Shown in pieces: positions 49,203-60,957 of a DNA stretch of 64,000 nucleotides. Made by a program: the position numbers and the translations under genes. How positions within the stretch are numbered: the first letter of the stretch is position 1; the number at the start of each line of letters is the position of its first letter. The notes under the pieces were generated by a model. It ran no database searches and had not been told where the DNA came from. It saw only the letters and a list, made by a program, of their open reading frames with translations. Source of the DNA: Nitrospirales bacterium (GTDB taxonomy: Bacteria; Nitrospirota; Nitrospiria; Nitrospirales; UBA8639); the NCBI GenBank assembly GCA_965203295.1, contig CBDBCZ010000016.1, positions 1,248,001 to 1,312,000 on the forward strand, given 5' to 3'.

Positions 49203-51421
49203 TCACTTTGACATCATAGCAAGGGAGATAAGAGGGTTCTGAGTACTGAAATACTTGTTGTAGTCCACCCTGAGCAGCAGCTGTGCCAGGTGAGGGGCAG
49301 AGTGGTGGTTCTTGACACTAGACACTATCTTGAAGAAAAGGGAAGACTGACGCTTGAAGTCCTGTGTGCAGTGTGTGAGTACATGTGTTGGAGTCGCCGT
49401 ATACACTGTTAAAATAGAAATGCCATACCGACTAGTGGGTTGTTGTTTCAGTTTCAACATGCATGTGAATAACTGCAGCAACATCACTTTCCTCTGAGTC
49501 TTCCTTTACCTACTTCTACATGGTTTCACCATAGCGATGCACTTTCATTACGTAGCAAATGCTTTCGCATTCTTGACCCAAAACAATGAATCTGTATCCA
49601 TGGCATTCTTGACCCAAAACAATGAATCTGTATCCATGCGTGTGATGTATTGAAACTCAAGGAGTATTCAGTAGTGATAGGGAATCTAAGACTGTGCATT
49701 TATTCAAGCCAAACTACTTCTGCAGCTTTTACTAGTTAGGCATATTATTAATCCTGTTTCGTTGCTTTAATTCTGCAGCTGTTTTACCAGCCAGGCATAA
49801 TATTGCTTAGTGATAGTAATATACTCATGTTGCTGCCGTAGCGCTTACGCTATTGACCACACACCCACATACGCAGGCGGAGCTTATAATATTGCTTAGT
49901 ACTGTGAGGTCAATAATTGTGTACGATATAGGGTTCAGAATCTCAGCTACTGCATGTAATTTCTGTCCGTCACACTTTCCTAGCCAAGTGTGTTCAAAAC
50001 GATGTCTCAGGCTGATACGTTAATGACATCTCTGACGCTGTGGCGCATAAACAGTTATAGAGATCTGGACAAGTCTACTACATCTTTCTATCAAGTAAGG
50101 CATATTACAGCTTCCATGTTAGTAGAGTTTGTGTGGCCGCTCTGTAAACATACATATGAGGGCTGAATACTGACAGCACAAATCAATCGATAAGTAGCTA
50201 AGTTTCGGGTAACATTGCATGCATGCAGTGCGCTATGGCCCCTTTATCAGCTCTCCTGTGGCAGCCATGGCTGATCCACTGAAATTTGTTGCAGACTAGC
50301 TAAGATGTTTACTAGTCTCCAGATCACCAGATGTTTATCTCAACTGTCATCTCGCATGCATGCTGTGTACATCTATCAATCTACATAAGACATAGTGTGC
50401 TTGTATATACCCTTTTGGGGCTTCAATTCTGCTGTATTTTACAAGCAGGCACTACAAGTGCTACCTGTGCAATACATTAGCGTAACTGTCACCTATTTTA
50501 CAGTTTCCAGCAAACTGAAAATAAAGTGACGGTTACAGCACTATATACAAATGTTGACCAATTGAACAGAAACTCGAAGAAAGTTTAAACACCATATGAT
50601 ATAGAGCAAACATAAAGTCTTTCTCATTCCTCTTTTATACATGTATGTCCACTTCAATGTGCATATAATTATGCATCTCTATCACTGCACACTGCAGTTA
50701 CTGCATCGTTAGGCACATACACGTGCTCAAGTTTGCCCCATGATAATGCCCTGCGTTTGCCTATTACATACTCTATTGGTGAAGGGTCTTAACACATAAA
50801 CACACACCTTTGCAATCTGTTCCACCCTAGCCTTCTCTTCAACAGTCAATTGCAGTTTGTCGCATCGCTGCAGCAGGGATACAAATGCGTTGCACAAATC
50901 CAGAATCTCACGTAAGCACCGAGAGACCTGGATGAGAAGGCAAAAACCAAAACACAAGTCATCCCTTTACTAAATACCATAACACTACATGCCACACACC
51001 CACAAACCCAGGTGGATCTATTGATAATCACAATCAGTTGTTATGAAAAAGATTACATGTATATAATGCTAATCTCCATTCCATGTGTATTACATTACAT
51101 AATACGTAACAAATTTTGGCCTCTAGCTTATACAACCAATCATCTTGATTGTCACAAACTGTGTTCGTAAACCTTGTGAAAGCTTAGCCTAGCTATACAG
51201 TAGTGCTTCAAGTCTAGAAACTTCAGCTACGTATCTGCAATGGGTTCAAGACATGCTTTGCGTGTCAGCTGACTGTGGTGACTTACAGCTGGAAGGAGGA
51301 GGAATAGCTGTGACTGAAGAGTGGTGACGAAGCTCTCGTGAGCGTGCTTGATGGTCTCAAAGTTGTGGGTGGAATTAATCTTCTCCTGTAGCTGGGAAAA
51401 CTGAGTCTCCAACACGTCAAC
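49203..51421 (-). pseudogene. TUBGCP4: Second copy of the last three TUBGCP4 exons (51421-51287, 50927-50808, 49361-49203)
   Basis: Near-identical to 42445-44765 at an offset of ~6.66 kb, ending ...AMMSK*. Confidence 0.85.
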
Positions 51422-52939
51422 CTGGAAGCATGAAAACAGTGCTTCAGTAGCTGCTTAAGAAACAAGAAGTCAAAGCGAGACAATATGAGTACATCAATAC
51501 ACTCCCAAGTATAACGTCTGAAATTAAAAGATCTATAATTCATTCTGAAAATGTTGATTTTTACGATTTTCTTTCATGACCCAAAGTTCGTACGGTCACT
51601 GTACAAACTCTCGGTTATGAAGTAATACTTCAGTAGACTCTTCAATTAAGAGCACAGGAGAGATGTCCTTTCTACAGCCTCTGCTGCAGGACTTAGCCAC
51701 ATACATGCCGAGAGAAAAGATTTGTTTGGTAAATCACGTGATATGTACATGGTTTGCATCTCCCCTGGGAGCATAATAGAATACAGTCTCTCTCTGCTCA
51801 TTACTGCTCACCTGCCTCAAATGCTATTTAATGAGTGGTCCCCATCAGCCCGAACAATTCAAGAATCTTGGTTCCTTTAGTGTATCATAAAAGTTTATGC
51901 ATAAATCGGGTCTCTCTCTATAACTAATCTCTTCCTGGAGTACACCTAAATTGGTAAAAAGCGAAATCTAGAGGGACTGCAAAATATTATGGGAAGAAAT
52001 CTGTTAAACACAAAGTAAATGGGTGATGCATCGATGTGGCGTCTAAAGCTGTTTTGAGGGGTATGTAACAGTCGATGGGAATGAAAACCGATGTGTGCAG
52101 CTCCTAGCTCACTCGAAGTTTAAAAGTTTGATACGATCTTCCTCTCAAATGGGAGGACAACAAAAAATTGAGATCTCACTTTTGTCCATTACACATTGTT
52201 AGCAAACCTAGAGTAGCTGTAGCTAGTGATAATTAATTCTGATGTTGAGAGGTGCAGAAAGCCACTTCCAGAATATTAAAACCACTGGAGTACTAATCGA
52301 TAATGATGATGATTCACTATTAGTAGGGTGCAAACCACCTCATAAATTAGCTAAATGGTATGATAGAACAACAGACTTTTAGCTCTTATAAGACCATGTG
52401 AAATTGTTGTCAGCATGTGTGAGATCATGTTGATCGGAGTTCTCTTTCTACCAACAACGAATTGGCTTCTCAAATGTTTCGACTGCTGGGCTGCAGTACA
52501 ATGATGTCTGCCCTGATGAAGACTGCAGCTAGTAAGATCCCATACAGCTGAAGATGTGCATATACTAAATGGCTCAGAGCATGGACAGCTCTAGCCTTCT
52601 TCCTAGGCTCAACTTCCAGCATTCTATCACTCCATGTATAAAACCACATAAAACGGTGCAACAGAAAGCTGGGGAGTGGTGCCTGGGAACAAGGCTAGGA
52701 TAGCTCAATGCAACCACAATTGCACTGTAAACTGCACCCTTTGACCTTAAATGCATTCCTGAGCAGCTTGCCACAAACGATATGAACAAGTTTCAGGATT
52801 CATACCTCAACCTAATTAACATGCCTATGTACTGAATCATTGCTCAGTGATTCCCCTAGTCTGCACGCCAGGCCCCTTTTAGAGACAGGGAATAGCACAC
52901 TAGACTATGACTCTATGCATATAGTAATCATAGTGAATA

Positions 52940-54661
52940 ATGGATAGAATTTACTTCTTCATTGTAGCAGTAACTCTGAGTAATTTGGTACCTCAGGAGT
53001 GTGATGCTATCCAGTGTACTGACGAGGAGAACTGCAACTTCGACAGTCAAGCATCAAGTGAAGTAGATGGTAACACCAGTTGCGTGAACACCTGGTTCCT
53101 TCAAGTCCCCGATGATGACCATACCTGTGAGTGTGGTAGTACTGTAGGGAGTAAAGTGAGATGCGACAATGCCACCAAGGAAGTGGATATTCTCGACTGC
53201 TACTGCATGACATACAGTGAGGACGACCACTCAACAGTGATTGGACAGTGCTTGTACGGTTGTAATCATAAATCAAGTTACTACTCTCTCCCGTCCAATA
53301 TTTCTCAGCTCAATGGAAAAGTTTGTGGATGGCTTAATCGTGAAGGTCAATTGTGTGGCAGATGCAAAGACGGTTTCGCACCAGCAGTATATTCCTACAG
53401 TTTAAGCTGTGTAGAATGCAAGGAATATCATTACAACTGGGTGAAATATGCAGTGATTTCATTATTACCCCTAACTGTATTCTTTTTTGTAGTCACACTT
53501 TCTGGGATTAAACTTCTTTCTGGTGCGTGGTCTGCTTTCATCTTAATCAGTCAGATAATGTCAACACCGCTTCTAATGCGTGTTATACTGCTACATGGTA
53601 ACAAGGCAGTCCAGTTCACTTTAGCCATTCTTAGTATACCCTATGGTGTCTCAAATCTCGATTTTTTTCGTCTTTTGTACTCACCTTTTTGCCTACATCC
53701 TCATATGTCCACCATCCAGGCTTTAGCATTGGACTACATTATAGCGATTTATCCCCTGGCCCTAATTGTAATCACTTACTTTCTGGTTATACTGCACGAT
53801 AACAATGTAAGGGTAATTTTGTGGATATGGAAGCCCTTTCATTACTGCTCTGTTCATTTTAGAAGGAACTGGAATATCAAAAGTTCGTTAGTTCATTCTT
53901 TTGCTACCTTCATTATGTTATCCTACATCAAATTTTTGGATGTATCTATCAATCTTTTGATTCCAGTACATGTTTTTAATATCCATGGAGAATCTGTTGG
54001 GCTGTATCTCCTTTATGACACCGCAGTGAATTATTTCAGCAAACAGCACCTTCCATATGCATTCCTGGCCTTTGGAGCATTGCTGACTTTTAATATATTC
54101 CCAGTCCTACTATTAGGCTTGTATCCCTGTCAATGCTTCCAGAAATGCTTGAACTGTTGCAGGCTTGGCCGCTGTCAGGCACTGCATATATTCATGGATG
54201 CCTTTCAGGGTTGCTGCAAGGATGGAACAAATGGTACAAAAGATTGTAGGTGGTATGTAGCATTGCACCTGTGGGTTCGAATTACATTATTCTTTGTGAC
54301 TGCAATAACTCTTTCAACTTCATGGTTGCCTTTTGTTACATTTGTTATCATCATTATGTTGATTTTAGTTACTGTATTCCATCCCTACAAGTCACGTACT
54401 TCCAACACTGTTGAATCTATCTTACTTCTTGTATCAGTTTTCAATCTAGTGTCAGGCATGGGACATATATATATAGCAAAATCACAGATTCAGATCCACA
54501 AAGTGTTGGATATAATTGGTAGTGTTTCACTGACTGTTCCACTCATGTATGCACTTGGAGTCTCAGTATACAGGCTGCTGTCTCGTAGCTACTGCGTACA
54601 AGTCTATGGAAAGGTTAAGAATTGGCTACGGTGCTACTGCAAAGATTCAATTGCTCACGCA
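52940..54661 (+). pseudogene. Cys-rich ectodomain multi-TM protein, copy 10 (C type), interrupted in the cytoplasmic tail by the palindromic transposon
   Basis: Near-identical to 46281-48116 up to ...KDSIAHA. The frame then reads into the element and stops at 54736. The native tail resumes at 63531. Confidence 0.85.
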
Positions 54662-54670
54662 TACGGAAGC

Positions 54671-55024
54671 CCAGGGCGGACATCCAACTTCCACTTCTAC
54701 TTTCCACTCTCCACCTTCCATTTTCTCCTTCTGTGATAATATTTTCAATTTTCTATTTAATTTTACCTACTTCCATTTTCCATTTTGCATATTCCACTCT
54801 TTATAATGCATTTTGCCAGGGCGGACATCCAACCTCCACTTCTACTTTCCACTCTCCACCTTCCATTTTCTCCTTCTGTCCAGGGCGGACATCCAACTTC
54901 CACTTCTACCTTCCACTCTCCACCTTCCATTTTCTCCTTCTGTGATAATATTTTCAATTTTCTATTTAATTTTTCCTACTTCCATTTTCCATTTTGCATA
55001 TTCCACTCTTTACAATGCATTTTG
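54671..55024 (+). repeat. Pyrimidine-rich subterminal repeats (A-B-A-A-B; A ~63 bp, B ~82 bp); mirrored at 63168-63521
   Basis: A = ccagggcggacatccaacttccacttctactttccactctccaccttccattttctccttctgt at ~54671, 54816 and 54880. B = gataatattttcaatttt...gcattttg, present twice. Confidence 0.9.
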
Positions 55025-55133
55025 CCAGCATAGATTCCAGCAGTGGTAGAAATATTGTCTGCTGGCCATTTTAGATTCATTGTCAAGTTCCACTTCAGGC
55101 ATGTGACTATAGTTTTGTATAGTAACTAGAGAC

Positions 55134-57234
55134 ATGGAAGGAATCTCTTACTCTCCAGGCCTTCTGCAGCTGCCTAGCCAGCTACCTAGAAATGATTTAA
55201 TAGTGTACTATTCTCTTTGCGGATTGACAACGTCTGTCATTCAGCGATTCCTCAGCAACCATGGGCATCGCATAAGGTAATAAAACCTGTATAATGTATA
55301 TGAGAGTCAGTAGACTCTCTATGTAGCTAGGGATAATGTTAACACTCAAGATAGAGTTGCAGCAGCTAGCTACATCGATGCATCAAGTACGTAGCTACAC
55401 ACGGCAAATGATCATAGATTTTCTACCGTTCAGTGAACGACATGTAAGGAGGATCAGGAGAATGTTTGATGTCAGTGCTGCTAATCAAGAACCTCCACTA
55501 CCTGTAATAAGGACTGCCATTCAGGTTCATACAGCTAAACAGGAAAAAAAAAACCCTTGTCTTGAAAAAGCATGATGCATACCTTCTGTAAAGGCCACAG
55601 CTAGGAGTCTCATATACACTATGTAATAGGCTATTTAATTTTGTGGCAGCAAGAACTACAGGGATCTGGATCTCTTCTTGGGTACAGAGGAATGTGGAAT
55701 CGGCTGCGTTTAACTCATCAGTTATCTGTTAGAAGGTATACTATATCAGAAATTATAGTTTTGTGGTAAATCGATCATCATGCCATCCCTGCAGGAACAC
55801 GATAATGATGCTGCTACCATTACTAGATCCAGCAGGTAGTAAAGAACGTTCGTGCAGGAGGCTGAAGAGAAGACTGTATCGCAGCAAAGTAAGCATGATT
55901 GTAAGCAAGCCTGTTGATATCCAGTGGTTTATTAACAGTCATGCACTACTTTCTTCAAGGGTCCAAACTTTCTGTGGCACGTCGATGGCAATGATAAACT
56001 CAAACCCTATGGCATTACCATTCATGGATGCATCGACGGGTAGGTTCATTTGATTGACATTAGACTAGCCAGATGTATCTGTATTATTATTACACTTCTC
56101 TCTCTGCACGTATGTACATACCTATAAGCTATTCTAGGCGAATTATGTGGATGAAGTGTGGGTACACCAACAACAACCCTAGGGTCATAGCACAGCACTA
56201 CATTGATACTGTACGCTATGTTCAAGGTATGCCAAATAGTCTGTATAGGCTAAAATTGCTACAGTTATCAAGGTCTTATGTATGCAGGTGTCCCCAGCCT
56301 AATGAGGGTAGACAGAGGAACCGAGAATTCAATTATTGCCTTTGTCCAGCCCACCCTTCGTAGTCAGCATTCTGATGATCTTTCTGGAGAGAACAGTTTC
56401 AGATATGGCCGTTCATCATCGAACCAGGTACATCACATACGTGACATTGTATACATGTACAACAAAACCTATATAACCCATTTTGTATTACTGCCAGCGA
56501 ATTGAAGCATGGTGGGGCTTTCTTAGAGCACGAATGACAGACTGGTGGATTACATTTTTTCGCGTAAGCAAAGCAAATACTGTTAAAGTTTAGTTCACAT
56601 AATATTATAGTGTTTAGGTAGCGTTTGCTTTTTTTCTGCATGCTAATTGTTGTTCATAGCTTCCACATCTGCCTTTCTATACTATTGCAGGATTTACGGA
56701 TGCATGGTGATTTTGATGACTCTCTACCTCATCACCTGTATGGATTGTAATTACAGTAATTATTTTGCACACTTATTACGTGTAATATCCTGAATTTCAG
56801 GGAAGCTGTAAGGTTCTGTTTTGGACCAATCATTCAAAAGGAAATTGATATTCTTGTTCACGAGTGGAATTACCATCGCATCCGGGAAAGTCGAAACACC
56901 GAGACCCCTGGTGGAATCCCTGAAGTACTGTACTTCCTTCCAGAGATGAATGGTCTGACCAGAAATTTTAATAGCAACACTGCAAATAATTATTATAGTA
57001 AACTTCACTGTAGGTGCAGAAGACCATAAATTTTCAGTTGATCTTGACCTACTGGATTATGCTGAAACCAACTACGGCTTTCCAAACAGTTGCGAAGCAC
57101 ACTTCTGCCAAAGTGAAGAGTTTGCAGCGTATGGAACTAAAGTTTTGGAAGATTACAGTCTGCATCATCCTGTATCGTGGCAAGAAGCTCTTCAACTGTA
57201 TTTTCTGTTGCTAAATGACATTGACAGCATGTAA
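55134..57234 (+). CDS. IS3EU-type DDE transposase/integrase, 11 exons, 405 aa (left arm)
   Basis: Exons 55134-55276, 55434-55524, 55650-55735, 55795-55888, 55960-56039, 56129-56226, 56288-56427, 56498-56563, 56691-56737, 56801-56952 and 57014-57234. All introns are GT-AG and the 1218 nt stay in frame. Motifs: GYRGMW, LDPAG, GPNFLWHVDGNDKLKPYG..IHGCIDGYSR, RVDRGTEN, SNQRIEAWW, WNYHRIR. Confidence 0.9.
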
Positions 57235-57457
57235 ATCTTCAATCAAGCACATTTATAGCAAAATGCACAAATAAATAACTGCAAAGTGGTCAACTCAGGA
57301 TTTTGCATTTATGAATGCCTGTTTGCACAGTGCAGACATGGGTATTTGCCTTCGTAAATATGGATTGGAACATCAATCGCTAGATATATAGATGGAGTTC
57401 TCATCGGCGGAAGAGCACTTGCATACATTATCATGATCCGAACTTCCTCTCCTCCTG

Positions 57458-58906
57458 CTACAGGTCAGGCATAAAGCCTCTGTTCCATGAGCTGCCGAAA
57501 CAGCTGTCATCACAGAGAGGGCATTGTGTGACTGGATCTGTGTAAAACAAAGTGTTTCCATCTGGCAGATGGCACATTGTTTCCTCAATTGGTGCAAGAA
57601 AAAGCTTGTTGCAGGAGTTGCAATGCTTTGCCTCAAGTTGTGTATGTTCTACAGAGACAAGAGTTAAATCACTAGTCACCTTAAAATAATATAATAAAAA
57701 TTAATATTTGCTTACTAATACTGGACTTGGCTGCTGCATCTGGGACAAGTGGAGGAGGTTGCCTTGGGCAATCGTTACTGCTCCGTGTTGGAGCTGTATT
57801 GTCACTTTCTGAACCCTCATCTTCTTGTTGAGAATCATCACTCTCGAGTTGGGTTTTCTATATTTATTTGAAGAGAGAATCCTATAGAATAATCAGCTTT
57901 AATTTGAATCCATTCATTACACAGGTACCTTGTGCCTATCAGTGCCTTTGTACACAATATAGAACCGTGTTTTGCTGGGCTGAAACCCATGTTCGCTGAG
58001 AAATTCTCCTAGGCTCCACTCTTCAGGATCATCGACATGAAATGGGATCCCACTTGTGGATGCCAAGTAGTACCGGCTCATGTCATTGGCTTCCTTTGGG
58101 AAGAAAACTTCCTTCCCACGCTTTATCACCTCCTCATAATTTGAAGATTTCGGAAAATCGACATACCGAGGAGATGGTAAGGTCTTCTTCCTCACTCCCT
58201 TTTGAAGGTCTGTATCGTATAGCATTCCGCCCAAGTGAATCTAGAAAAGTATAATTATACAAATTATATACACATGTTCCCTTTTGAGGAGTCACTAGAT
58301 GTACACCAGCAGACTCACCGCTACATATCGCTTTTTACTACTTGTTGGTTTCATTGCAGTACTGCGCTGTTGAGGGGCTTCTGCAAGTGACTTCATTCTT
58401 TTTTTATAGGTTTCGAAAAGCACTTTTCGGGATTCAGGATCTGGAGTAAATAATACTAGTCTAGTGACTGTAGTTGAACAGTTACAGAAAGGTTAACTGT
58501 CCTCATGTGTAATACATGTACCTGATGATAGACTTCCACTGCTAGCACTTTCTGGAGTGGGTATGGCTTTTCTAACATCTATATAGATTAATAAGCAAAA
58601 AATGCATGTCTAGCGTGGATGATATGCCATTGAACATGTGGCTTGCTAAAGGTCCAATTACGTACCTTGTGATGCAGTGCTACTCAATTTGTTGCTGCTG
58701 CTATTACAAGTCAGCTCTTCCCAAAGTTGCCAAATCAATGAATGTTGGCCGACACTTATCACCTGATTCTTCAACAGGCGAAGAATGTGATCTTCCTTTA
58801 GAGATTTAAAAACTATTGAGGAAATCACATCTTCTTCCTTCAGCACTGCTATCACTTCTTCTTTCATTCCTCTCTGGCTCAACCATGTCTTGAAACTCGA
58901 CTCCAT
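57458..58906 (-). CDS. Accessory gene of the element (left-arm copy), 6 exons, ~354 aa
   Basis: Mirror of 59286-60734. The one difference I noticed is K versus R (58797/59395). Confidence 0.7.
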
Positions 58907-59015
58907 TCCAGCTAGCTACTCGTCACTACCAAAATACAGCAGAGATGCAGATGTCCAATTATTGAAGCTGCAGCACGTGGCTAAAATGGAAAGAGGAAAA
59001 CGGGTAACTCAGAAA

Positions 59016-59237
59016 GGGGCGGGGCAGTATTAACACTTAGTTCTGTAAATGTGTGCAATAATACACCATACGTTACTATACAACTCGTTGTGCACTTTCA
59101 GTTATTTGGAATTGTGCATGACTGGCTACCACTGCTGTATGTATTTTCGCGCGAAAATAGCTGGCTACCCCGCCCCTTTCTGAGTTACCCGTTTTCCTCT
59201 TTCCATTTTAGCCACGTGCTGCAGCTTCAATAATTGG
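59016..59237. promoter_or_regulatory. Putative bidirectional promoter at the palindrome centre
   Basis: Lies between divergent ATGs at 58906 (-) and 59286 (+). Contains GC boxes ggggcgggg (59016-59024) and ccccgcccc (59168-59176), the palindrome tattttcgcgcgaaaata (59142-59159, E2F-like), CACGTG (59213-59218) and ATTGG (59233-59237). Confidence 0.5.
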
Positions 59238-59285
59238 ACATCTGCATCTCTGCTGTATTTTGGTAGTGACGAGTAGCTAGCTGGA

Positions 59286-60734
59286 ATGGAGTCGAGTTTC
59301 AAGACATGGTTGAGCCAGAGAGGAATGAAAGAAGAAGTGATAGCAGTGCTGAAGGAAGAAGATGTGATTTCCTCAATAGTTTTTAAATCTCTAAGGGAAG
59401 ATCACATTCTTCGCCTGTTGAAGAATCAGGTGATAAGTGTCGGCCAACATTCATTGATTTGGCAACTTTGGGAAGAGCTGACTTGTAATAGCAGCAGCAA
59501 CAAATTGAGTAGCACTGCATCACAAGGTACGTAATTGGACCTTTAGCAAGCCACATGTTCAATGGCATATCATCCACGCTAGACATGCATTTTTTGCTTA
59601 TTAATCTATATAGATGTTAGAAAAGCCATACCCACTCCAGAAAGTGCTAGCAGTGGAAGTCTATCATCAGGTACATGTATTACACATGAGGACAGTTAAC
59701 CTTTCTGTAACTGTTCAACTACAGTCACTAGACTAGTATTATTTACTCCAGATCCTGAATCCCGAAAAGTGCTTTTCGAAACCTATAAAAAAAGAATGAA
59801 GTCACTTGCAGAAGCCCCTCAACAGCGCAGTACTGCAATGAAACCAACAAGTAGTAAAAAGCGATATGTAGCGGTGAGTCTGCTGGTGTACATCTAGTGA
59901 CTCCTCAAAAGGGAACATGTGTATATAATTTGTATAATTATACTTTTCTAGATTCACTTGGGCGGAATGCTATACGATACAGACCTTCAAAAGGGAGTGA
60001 GGAAGAAGACCTTACCATCTCCTCGGTATGTCGATTTTCCGAAATCTTCAAATTATGAGGAGGTGATAAAGCGTGGGAAGGAAGTTTTCTTCCCAAAGGA
60101 AGCCAATGACATGAGCCGGTACTACTTGGCATCCACAAGTGGGATCCCATTTCATGTCGATGATCCTGAAGAGTGGAGCCTAGGAGAATTTCTCAGCGAA
60201 CATGGGTTTCAGCCCAGCAAAACACGGTTCTATATTGTGTACAAAGGCACTGATAGGCACAAGGTACCTGTGTAATGAATGGATTCAAATTAAAGCTGAT
60301 TATTCTATAGGATTCTCTCTTCAAATAAATATAGAAAACCCAACTCGAGAGTGATGATTCTCAACAAGAAGATGAGGGTTCAGAAAGTGACAATACAGCT
60401 CCAACACGGAGCAGTAACGATTGCCCAAGGCAACCTCCTCCACTTGTCCCAGATGCAGCAGCCAAGTCCAGTATTAGTAAGCAAATATTAATTTTTATTA
60501 TATTATTTTAAGGTGACTAGTGATTTAACTCTTGTCTCTGTAGAACATACACAACTTGAGGCAAAGCATTGCAACTCCTGCAACAAGCTTTTTCTTGCAC
60601 CAATTGAGGAAACAATGTGCCATCTGCCAGATGGAAACACTTTGTTTTACACAGATCCAGTCACACAATGCCCTCTCTGTGATGACAGCTGTTTCGGCAG
60701 CTCATGGAACAGAGGCTTTATGCCTGACCTGTAG
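59286..60734 (+). CDS. Accessory gene of the element (right-arm copy): SAM-like N-terminus, central globular domain, acidic linker, C-terminal CxxC...CxxC
   Basis: Exons 59286-59526, 59614-59670, 59752-59873, 59952-60263, 60335-60476 and 60544-60734. All introns are GT-AG and the 1065 nt stay in frame. The last two exons are less certain. Confidence 0.7.
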
Positions 60735-60957
60735 CAGGAGGAGAGGAAGTTCGGATCATGATAATGTATGCAAGTGCTCTTCCGCCGATGAGAACTCCAT
60801 CTATATATCTAGCGATTGATGTTCCAATCCATATTTACGAAGGCAAATACCCATGTCTGCACTGTGCAAACAGGCATTCATAAATGCAAAATCCTGAGTT
60901 GACCACTTTGCAGTTATTTATTTGTGCATTTTGCTATAAATGTGCTTGATTGAAGAT

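Larger units (their letters stand above)
42484..54661 (+). repeat. Second tandem duplication, ~6.66-kb unit (TUBGCP4 3' exons plus C-type gene), continuing after 63531
   Basis: Matching ORFs offset by 6656-6659 bp (44071/50727, 44571/51227, 46281/52940). Confidence 0.9.

Noticed and set aside
1955..53276. Recurrent minus-strand 79-138 aa ORFs overlapping the array genes (MIYD.NH..., MVVLAVCH...)
   Set aside because: They are antisense shadows of the Cys-rich coding region that recur only because the genes are duplicated.
54549..55049. Overlapping ORFs in the subterminal repeats, and their mirrors at 63143-63629
   Set aside because: These are low-complexity translations of the tandem repeats.
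55134..57234. LTR retrotransposon or Polinton integrase
   Set aside because: There is no RT, gag, polymerase or capsid ORF and no direct LTRs. The gene has 10 introns, and its motifs and termini fit a cut-and-paste IS3EU-type enzyme.
60556..60819. Alternative Cys-containing frame at the end of the accessory gene
   Set aside because: I found no splice path into this frame, whereas the 60544-60734 frame joins in phase. It is not fully excluded without RNA data.
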